DNA of 14,842 nucleotides, taken from positions 1 to 14,842 of the forward strand of contig NW_021825640.1 in assembly GCF_006345805.1 (NCBI RefSeq). The letters are read 5' to 3'. Positions 6,941-14,842 of the stretch are shown here, one piece after another; the stretch's first letter is position 1; the number at the start of each line of letters is the position of its first letter. The notes beneath the pieces were generated by a model. The model searched no databases. It worked only from the letters and a program-made list of their open reading frames with translations, and had not been told where the DNA came from. The position numbers and the translations under genes were made by a program. This DNA comes from Octopus sinensis (Eukaryota).

Positions 6941-7409
6941 CGAGGGTGAGTCAAAAAGTAATGCCATTTTGTTTAGGACAGGTATAATTACCAACACAGG
7001 ACGTGTATCAGGCTCAAAATGAAGCTGGTCCTCTGTGGATCACATCCCTACTTCTCAACATAGTCACCATTTTCTCTATAGCAATGTTCCACCTTCGAAT
7101 GAGAGCATGTATCCCTGCCCGTAAAATTCTGTAGACTTTTCTTTGAGTCACTTCTTCTCTACAGTTTTCCCCCCCTCGTCACTGGAATACCCTTTGCCTC
7201 TCAAACCCCCCTCTTTCGTGGCGCCGAAGAGATGATAGTCTGAAGGCGCTAAGTCTGGTGAGTGTGGAGTGTTGAGGTAGTAAGACAAGAAGGGACTCAA
7301 AGAACAGTCAACAGAATTTACGGTCAGGGATACATGCTCTCATTCGAAGGTGGAACATTGCTATTGAGAGAAACGGTGACTATGTTGAGAAGTAGGGATG
7401 TCATCCACA
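6941..7409 (-). mobile_element. Mariner remnant: one TIR, transposase C-terminus, and an inverted duplicate of that C-terminus
   Basis: TA|cgagggtgagtcaaaaagtaatgcc terminus at 6939-6965. Minus strand 7226-7264 encodes HSPDLAPSDYHLF (mariner YSPDLAPSD motif). Plus strand 7318-7395 encodes LRSGIHALIRRWNIAIERNGDYVEK*. Confidence 0.9.
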
Positions 7410-7447
7410 AGCGTTTCTGTATATGGAGCAAAACTCCCGAAAACAGG

Positions 7448-7660
7448 ACTGCGCCCATGCTGTGACACTGCTTTGAAAGGGTTAGTACCCCAGTATTTAT
7501 TTATTTTTTTAAAGGTCTGAGACTTATTCTGTTTTTTTTCTTTGTTTTTTTGGTGGAATTTTTGCTGAACCGCTACGTTATGGGGGGGTGTAAACAATCC
7601 AACGCTGCTTGTTGAGCGATGGTTGGGTGGGGGGGGGGACAAACATAAAACACACACACA
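7448..7660 (-). mobile_element. Strongly diverged SINE-B 3' half
   Basis: gactgcgcccatgctg...acttattct...tttgctgaaccgctacgtta.ggg..gtaaaca..ccaac...gagcgatgg...gacaaaca parallels 1508-1680. Confidence 0.7.
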
Positions 7661-7745
7661 CACACTTCTGCACACGCACGTGTGTGTGTGTATATGTGTG
7701 CGTGTATGTGTGTGCGCGTGAGTGTATGTGTGCGTACGTGTGTGT
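7660..7745. repeat. (CA)n then (TG)n microsatellite
   Basis: Directly visible. Confidence 0.9.
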
Positions 7746-7813
7746 TTGTGCCAATCCTTCCGCTCTGAAACCGGGATTGGTTTATTCCTGTAACTATTAT
7801 GTAGAGTAACTCC

Positions 7814-7838
7814 TATACATACATACTACATACATACA

Positions 7839-7869
<31 letters not shown>

Positions 7870-7888
7870 ACACACACACACACACACC

Positions 7889-7925
<37 letters not shown>
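7814..7925. repeat. Compound (TACA)n-(TA)n-(CA)n-(TA)n microsatellite
   Basis: Directly visible. Confidence 0.92.
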
Positions 7926-7960
7926 TTACTGTGATAAATTTATCCAATTAAACCCTTCAC

Positions 7961-8027
7961 GGTGGTACCCCACCCTAACTGCAGTCTAATGACTGATGAT
8001 GCAAGTTAATGATAAAAGATAAAAGAA
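7961..8027 (+). mobile_element. Possible decayed SINE-B tail
   Basis: ggtggtacccca...gcagtctaatgactga...gataaaagataaaaga weakly matches the SINE-B 3' end. Confidence 0.45.
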
Positions 8028-8232
8028 ACCATTCTTACAACAATTAAATGAAACCGAAAAACAATCCAGACCATCTTAATTGCAGCTTCATCAACAAGCT
8101 GAAAATATGTCATGTATTCATAGTAACATTGTGAAAAGAGTGGATAAAAATAGCTTTGCTATTGCGGACAGAGGATAACATTCAAACTGGATGATCTACA
8201 GGCAGCTTTACTATGTGACAAAAGCAGTGAAA

Positions 8233-8393
8233 AGGAGTGGCTGTGAGCTGAGTAGCTTGCTTACCAACCACATGGTTCCAAGTTCAGTCCCACTGAGTGG
8301 CACGTTGGTAAGTGCTTTCTACTGTAGCCTCGGGTCAACCAAAGCCTTGTGAATGGATTTGGTAGCAGAAACTGAAAGAAGCCCGTCGTATAT

Positions 8394-8459
<66 letters not shown>

Positions 8460-8999
8460 TATATAAGGATATATATATATCTATAGTATGGTTATGTATG
8501 TATGTTGTATGTATGGTATGTATGTAATGTATGTATGTATGTATGTATTCATGTATTCATGATGTGTATGTATGATATATATGCTATATATATATAGTAG
8601 TATATATGCATACATGTAATGTATGTATGTATGCTTGTATGTATGTATGTATGTTGTAATTCATGTATTCGGTAGTCATGTATGTATGTATGTGTGTGGT
8701 GTGATATTATATACATATATAATATTGTATGTATGATGTAGTATGCATGCATGTATATGTATGTAAGTATGTATGTGTTGTGTGTCTGTGCTTGTCACTC
8801 CCCACCACAAACATCGCTTGACAACCGATGCTGGTGTGTTTACGTCCCCATAACTTAGCGGTTCGGCAAAAGATACCGATAGAATAAGTACTCGGCTTAT
8901 AAAGAATAAGTCCCGGGGTCGATTTGCTCGACTAAAGGCGGTGCTCCAACTCCAGCATGGCCGCAGTCAAATGACTGAAACAAGTAAAAGAATGAAAGA
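8233..8999 (+). mobile_element. SINE-B, full length, with a greatly expanded internal microsatellite
   Basis: The 5' half (8233-8388) and 3' half (8786-8999) match 12339-12731, separated by about 400 bp of (TA)n/(TATG)n. Confidence 0.9.
8389..8785. repeat. (TA)n and degenerate (TATG)n array inside SINE-B
   Basis: Directly visible. Confidence 0.92.
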
Positions 9000-9008
9000 A
9001 AATCTATA

Positions 9009-9229
9009 CAGTAATCCCTCGACTATCGCGGGTGTCACGTTCCAAAACCTCCCGCGATAAGTGAAAATCCGCGAAGTAGAAACAGTATTGTACTGTATAT
9101 TTTTTTTTAATTATTTTTATAATTTATATATATTTATTTTATTACAAATGCAAAACAACACCACGGAATCGGCGTAAGCTTAAATATTAAACCGCGATAG
9201 CTGAACCGCGATATGGCGAGTGATTACTA
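9009..9229. mobile_element. pogo/Tigger-type MITE
   Basis: TA|cagtaatccctcgactatcgcgg at the left end and ccgcgatatggcgagtgattacta at 9206-9229 form imperfect TIRs around an AT-rich interior. Confidence 0.78.
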
Positions 9230-9307
9230 TTTTGCCAATCAAAAAATTATCCAAGAAAATTACCACCATAAATGCATGCAGAAAGAGTATTTTGCGTTAA
9301 TAATGAT

Positions 9308-9654
9308 TTCATAATTTTGCCTCAAGGGCAGCTTGGGGAAGGGATTAAGTTAGTTACACCGACCCTAGTGCGTAACTGGTACTTATCTAATCGACCCCGG
9401 AAAGGATGAAAGGCTAAGTCAACTTCGGTGGATTTTAAACTCAGAAGTAAACGAGCGGAGAAAAATACCTATTCTTTAATACCCACAGAGGCTAAACACA
9501 CAGAGGGGACAACAAGGAGAGACAGACGGATTAAGTAAATTATATCAACCCCAGTGCGTAATGGTACTTAATTTATCGATCCCGAAAGGATGAAAGACAA
9601 AGTCGACCTCGGCGGAATTTGAACTCAGAACGTAACGGCAGATGAAATACGGCT
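9308..9654 (-). mobile_element. SINE-A head-to-tail dimer, 5'-truncated
   Basis: Two successive SINE-A bodies (about 9474-9654 and 9308-9473) joined by aaagaataggtattt on the minus strand. Confidence 0.85.
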
Positions 9655-9727
9655 TAGAAAAAAATCAAAACTTAGACATAATATTGCCCATTCAATAGGA
9701 GGCGATGGACAGAATGATTTGGTATTA

Positions 9728-10285
9728 AGGCAGCGAGCTGGCAGAAACGTTAGCAAGCCGGGCGAAATGCTTAGCCGTATTTCGTCAGCTGTTACGTTCT
9801 GAGTTCAAATTCCGCCGAGGTCGACTTTGCCTTTCATCCTTTCGGGGTCGATAAATTAAGTACCAGTTACGCACTGGGGTCGATATAATCGACTTAATCC
9901 GTTTGTCTATCCTTGTTTGTCCCCTCTGTGTTTAGCCCCTTGTGGGTAGTAAAGAAACAGAAATAGGTATTTCGTCTGCCGCTACGTTCTGAGTTCAAAT
10001 TCCGCCGAGGTCGACTTTGCCCTTCATCCTTTCGGGGTCGAAAAATCAAGTACCAGTTATGCACTGGGGTCGATGTAATCGATTTAATCCGTTTGTCTGT
10101 CCTTGTTTTCCCCTTCTAAGAAACAGGTATTTCGGTTGTCTTTGCGTTCTGTGTTCAAATTCCGCCAAGGTCGACTTTTCCTTTCATCCCTTTCGGGGTT
10201 GATACCAGTTGCGTACTGGGGTCGATCTAATTGACGGGCTCCCGACCCCAAAATTTCGGGCCCTGTGCCTAGAGTAGAAAAGAAT
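9728..10285 (+). mobile_element. SINE-A head-to-tail trimer
   Basis: Units 9728-9965, 9966-10125 and 10126-10285. Units 2 and 3 restart at ggtatttcg, and the last ends with the cctgtgcctagagtagaaaagaat tail. Confidence 0.92.
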
Positions 10286-10289
10286 GATT

Positions 10290-10695
10290 CGGTAAGATTT
10301 TGAGGAAATGTTTGCAGAAGAAGAGATGAATGAAGAATGGCCCGTTTTTAGCAATGTAAAGATTTTGAAAATGATGTATTGATGAGTATATGAGTTGGCA
10401 GACGTTCAGTATAAGTTTTTTTTTTTTTTCTTGTCGTGTTGTTACTTAGGGCCGTTAATGGTTGTAGTATCATTGTTGTAAGGACAGGTATTGCATCACC
10501 TGCGAATAATGCATTTAAAGTGTTTGGTCGTTTGTGTTGGAGACTTTGAAACCTCTAACAGTGAAGTCGCAGAGATCCCTTATCTTCTCGAAGACAAGAG
10601 AGACGGTGCGGCGAACATTGGAACAGTTGTGGAAACCAGAGCGTTGAATTTGGAAATTGTGCTTGAGTGGAGATTCCATACAAACAAAGTAGAGT
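10290..10695 (-). mobile_element. Decayed Penelope-like element fragment (RT-to-endonuclease linker and GIY-YIG N-terminus)
   Basis: With frameshifts and stops, the minus strand gives LKHNFQIQRS, MFAAPSLLSSRR, DLCDFTVRG, FKCIIRR*CNTCPYNNDTTTINGPK (10442-10519), TSAN-IY and LYIAKTGH. These follow the order expected in Penelope-type ORFs (F..PP...RR..NL.D.LV; C..C.TC......I.GP; CTS.N.IY; YIG.TGR). Confidence 0.7.
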
Positions 10696-11496
10696 GAAAT
10701 ATCGGAGGAATTCTGCTGAAGCACAACATATAACCCACTCATAACATTTAAAAATTTTTGGCATTTTCAGAAAACTTTTGCAAATTTGTGTTCTACACAC
10801 GGGAATTGATATGACTATTATACAAAAAAAAACATGTTATAACTAACAGTGACAAACGAAATATACACCGCCGATAGTTGTTGACAAACAACAGCAGCAG
10901 TAATTTTATTCAGCTGAAATACACGTCATTGATTGGTTGAAATTACCGAAATACGACAACTTTAACAAAAAAAAACTTTCAAAATACAGAATTTCTCAAC
11001 AAACGCCAAGAGTAAAGATGTTTAATGTGACACATTCTACCAAATACGAAGTTTGAAAGTGTTTAGTTACAAAAAATTATTTTAAAATCTGTCGGTCAAA
11101 AGATAAAGATCCAAAAGATTTTCTCTTTTAATTTTTCGATTAAAAAAAAAAAATCAACGTTTAAAACACGAGCAGTTCGAAAGTGTTGCTTGAATCGCAA
11201 CAACTGATCATTAAATGTATTTATGGGGAGAAAGAGATTGAAGAATATGAATACGTCAGAGTAAAGAAAAAGGAGGAGTGTGGGTATCAGATGGGCGTGA
11301 GATGTACTAAAATATCAGTTAAATACTCCTTAAATCATACAAAAAAAATTATTTTTGGTGGTTGGGGGTTGCATCGCCATAGGAATTCCTGTGTGGAGAA
11401 GACAAATTCTCAAAAGTTTTCTGAAAATTGCAAAATATAAAATAAATTATGAGGGGTTATATGGGGTGCGGAAAACAGAATTCTGTCGAAATATCA
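10695..11496. repeat. Degenerate inverted repeat pair (10695-10813 and 11378-11496), possible old non-autonomous DNA transposon
   Basis: 10756-10813 and the reverse complement of 11378-11435 match at 49/58 positions without gaps. Weaker similarity extends about 60 bp outward. Confidence 0.6.
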
Positions 11497-11568
11497 AATA
11501 TACTGAAGTTGAAGAACCTAATTTATTGTTACTCTCAATTTCACGCCAAAGAGCAGCTGTTGGAATAA

Positions 11569-11967
11569 TCTCTATATATATAAAGCTGAAGTTGTCTGTG
11601 TGTGTGGCAGGTTTGGTAGCCTTCAACAAACACTATCTCCTCCGAGACCCTGCAGCGCAAGTTGACCAAAATTGAGAGTATGATAGAAGAAGGCTTGCTC
11701 TTCATTCCTTAGAAGATAAAATTCAAATTGGACCACGTTAACACCAAAAATTATTTACATAAAAAAGGTGCTTTTGTTCTATGAAAATCTATTTTTTAAC
11801 GATTTTTTTACTGCTGTGTCGCCATTTTTCGGTGTATTTCAACCAGGAAAATGTTCACTTAAAGAGAATAACAAGCTACATAATGCAAACTTTTTACTTT
11901 TCAAAAATTCCAATTCTAAAGGGTCGAAAAGAAAATAAACCCGAGCAACGCCGGGCTATACTGCTAG
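11569..11967 (+). mobile_element. Complete non-autonomous Helitron, 399 bp
   Basis: 5' A|TCtctatatatataaag at 11568/11569, subterminal hairpin cccgagcaacgccggg at 11940-11955, and CTAG|T at 11964-11968. This is insertion between A and T with no TSD. Confidence 0.82.
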
Positions 11968-11983
11968 TATTAGATTAAAATTA

Positions 11984-12197
11984 TTTGTTTCAAACTCTAG
12001 GTACAAGGAAAGCAAGTTCGTGGGAGGGGTTAGGTCGACTACATCCACCACAGTACGCAACTGTTACTTATTTTATTGACTCCGAGAGGATGAAAGGTAA
12101 AGTCGACCTCGGTGGAATTGAAGTCACAGAGTTTAAGCTGGACGGACGAAATACCGCTCAGCATTGTATCCGGCGTGGTAACGATTCTGCCAGCTCG
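11984..12197 (-). mobile_element. Diverged SINE-A-type copy
   Basis: The minus strand reads cgagctggcagaatcgttacc...gcggtatttcgtcc...aattccaccgaggtcgactttacctttcatcc...gtacctagagtttgaaac. Confidence 0.85.
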
Positions 12198-12338
12198 AAA
12201 TATTAAAATTACTAATAACCTATCATTATAAACTAGTATATTATCATGCTTGCTTTCAAGTAACGACATAAAATTCAAGAAGCGTGCCAAAGGTTAGAGT
12301 TTAAAGTGAAGAATAAAAGAAAGAACCGGAAAGACTCA

Positions 12339-12731
12339 AGGCGCAGGAGGAGTGGTTGTGTGGTAAGTAGCTTGCTAACCAACCACATGGTTCAGGGGTT
12401 CAGTCCCCACGCGTGGCACCTTGGGCAAGTGTCTTCTAATATAGCCCCGGGCCGACCAATGCCTTGTGAGTGGATTTTGTAGACGGAAACTGAAGAAGCC
12501 CGTCGTATATATGCAAGATATATATATATATGTGTGGGTGTGTTTGTGTATCTGTGTTTGTCCCCCTAGCATTGCTTGACAACCGATGCTGGCGTGTTTT
12601 TATGTCCCCGTCACTTAGCGGTTCGGCAAAAGACACCGATAGAATAAGTCCTTGGGTCTAGTTGCTCGACTAAAGGCGGTGCTCCAGATGGCCGCAGTCA
12701 AATGACTGAAACAAGTAAAAGAGTAAAAGAG
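12339..12731 (+). mobile_element. SINE-B, full length, with a 22-bp internal deletion
   Basis: Matches the reverse complement of 1482-1874. It has one agaataagt at about 12641-12649 where 2591-2620 and 8881-8911 have two. Confidence 0.92.
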
Positions 12732-13639
12732 AGAGAGAAATGGAGGAGAAACTAAATTTCATTCGTCAATCGGGACATTTTCACTTGATTTCAGCAAACG
12801 ATGTGCGTGTGTGTGGTCTATCATTCTGTTATCGGTTTCAACCAGAAGCATTGTTGTGTTGGAAAACCGTCGCTATATATCGGCATAGACACACTGGGTA
12901 GTTGCCTCGGGAACCTCATGGGTCTAGAGTCCCTATTCTGATCTATGCATACTGTGGTTGGCTGTCAATAAATAACTACAATAGGGCCCAGTGTATTGGG
13001 TAGCCCAGAGGCCTAAAATGCTGCTAAGACAGCCCAGAAAGTGGGCATATCAATATTTATACAGTTATTTTAGATCAATTTTATCTGATTTTACCAATTG
13101 GCTTCGCAAACGAGAGTTAGGGGAAAACCTAATTCCGGTGCTTCCCAGAAAGGCTGCTATGAAGAATATAGTAACTGCTCTCTGCTACCGAAGGTCAGAA
13201 AGTGTCGCGTCCGGTTGGTGGATGCTTAGGGTATGTATGTGTATAATGTATTTTATTTGTGGGTATCCATGGAAAATCTGTGGTTGATAAATGGGTGCTT
13301 CTTCGTTTCGAGGTTACCAGGATAGTGAAAGCATTCACCTTACAGGATGTAGTCGTTTTCCGAGTAAAAAAAATAGTATTTATTTGAGTGAAAAGTAAAA
13401 TTTATGGATTTTTCGATAAAAAAAAGATATACGGATGTAATGTGCTTAAATTATGGTTCAGATCCTCTCATTAAGAAAGCCATGAAATATATTTGATGGA
13501 TCCTATTTCAATAATGACGGCGCCACACTGGTGCCATCAGTTTCCAATTATTTTACTTACGTTCCTTGATTTCAATAAAAGCGAAAATACTTTTAATCGG
13601 GGAAAACTTCAACAAGGTAAAAATACTTTCTCTAGAAAC

Positions 13640-14842
13640 CAAGAAATTTACCAGCAGTGGGCCTTTGAATCCTAAGCTATTGCATTGCCTGGTACTCGCT
13701 TTAGATGGAGTGGAAGGTACCTCTAGTACAACACAATGGTATCCAGTACGACCATTTGTATAACTCACGATGCCGAAGTTAAGTACTAGCCCTTCCAGAA
13801 TTTTCCGCTTGTAAATTATTACATATCTCTCGCGTCTTCGCTCCAGGGAATGAAGTCGTAGTTTGTTGAGCTGTGACAGCCTTTTAAGTGTAGTAACGTT
13901 GGATCGCTTCAAGCTCCGCAATTAGTTCGACACTATGTGGTAACCACAGCTGAGATCAGTAGTCTAGGTGGCTGAGAACAAAGGTCTTCCACAAGGGCCA
14001 ACATGAGTTCTTGGTTACTTGTTCTGAAGAACCTTAGAATCCATCCCACCAATTGTCTGCACTTTGTTGCCATCTTGGTAATGTGCACATGAAACAGTGC
14101 AGCAATACACATACTGACCCCCCAAGTCTCTCACTATCTGTGACTCTGGGATTGCAGTGCATTCGAGTCCTGATATGCGGGCTGTGAATTCGTGAGTTGA
14201 TAGCACAGGGCTTGAAATTTTCTCGCCTTAAATTGCATGTTGTTTTGTTCATACTACTTGTATATTGCATTTAGGTCCCGCAGCAAGCTTGCGACATCAT
14301 CAGAGTTCTTTGTTGCCTGTGATAATTTTGAATCATTTGCATAGCTAGTGACAGTGGATGGCTGATTCACTATTAGCAAGTCTAAAAGGGCTTTTATAAA
14401 CAGTAATGGCCCCAAGACAGTTCCCTGAGGGATTCCTCTCAGAATTTGTCTTTCCCTGGAAAGAGCACCATTATCTGCAACTTCTTTTAAGAAGTTGTGC
14501 ATTCACTCTCCTAGTTTACCAGCTATACCAAGATCTTGCAGTTTATGACCATCATGCTATGATCCGCCTTGTCAAGATACGCTACATCGACATTTGAATA
14601 GTTGAGCGGCTTCTTCAAAAAACAAGGTCACTGTGCTATAAGAGCAGCGTTAAGCAGTTTCTTCCAGGACGGAAAGCACGCTAAGTATCGCTCATCAAGT
14701 CTTTTTCTTCAAGGAATCTGATCAGTTTCCTTCTGACAATTCCTTGCATGACATTGTTGATTTGTGAAGTCAGAGGGCCGGGCCTGTCGTTTTTTGCCTC
14801 TGCCCTGCTTCCACTCTTAGTCATGCATTCGTTTTTAGTTTT
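13640..14842 (-). pseudogene. Decayed CR1-like LINE reverse transcriptase region
   Basis: The minus strand gives SRAEAKNDRP..LTSQI (RT start), AFRPGRNCLT, GIPQGTVLGPLLF (14398-14436), SYAND (for YADD, 14332-14346), VRDLG and LHSLERRRERY..Y.KILEG. Multiple stops and frameshifts are present. Confidence 0.9.

Noticed and set aside
7751-7812. ttggtttattcctgt (7777-7791) as the displaced missing right end of the mariner
   Set aside because: Only a short gapped similarity to ttggtaattatacctgt, and no TIR follows.
7609-8752. ORFs 7609-7809 and 8549-8752 (CV-rich and HTYI-rich)
   Set aside because: Microsatellite translations.
9728-10285. Tandem units as a CRISPR-like array
   Set aside because: Eukaryotic context, long 160-190 bp SINE-derived units, no unique spacers and no cas genes.
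11183-11675. ORFs 11183-11440 and 11355-11675
   Set aside because: They run across an inverted-repeat arm and the Helitron boundary, and show no recognisable motifs.
12991-13287. 98-aa ORF as a host exon or gene
   Set aside because: No recognisable domain, no convincing splice signals, and the length is within chance expectation.
13515-13539. 11-bp hairpin tgacggcgcca-cac-tggtgccatca
   Set aside because: Isolated, with no CTRR terminus or partner end to tie it to an element.

Overview
Eukaryotic, AT-rich, almost entirely repeat-derived DNA with no supportable host protein-coding gene. The repeat families look like those I recall from octopus genomes, so octopod cephalopod origin is an inference from memory, not a database result. 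The window holds two abundant tRNA-derived SINE families (called SINE-A and SINE-B here), two RTE-type LINE 3' ends, a decayed CR1-like LINE RT, a Penelope-like GIY-YIG fragment, mariner and pogo/Tigger-type DNA transposon remnants, a complete non-autonomous Helitron, a Helentron/HINE-like element, a degenerate 5S rRNA copy and many microsatellites. The most notable structure is an unusual density of fold-back DNA: an old inverted duplication of about 480 bp whose arms later took different insertions, a mariner transposase 3' end duplicated in inverted orientation, head-to-head SINE multimers, a palindromic SINE head and a (TA)n-centred palindrome. There is also a seamless SINE-head/RTE-tail junction. 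All coordinates were counted by hand and element ends are approximate unless a terminus motif is cited.
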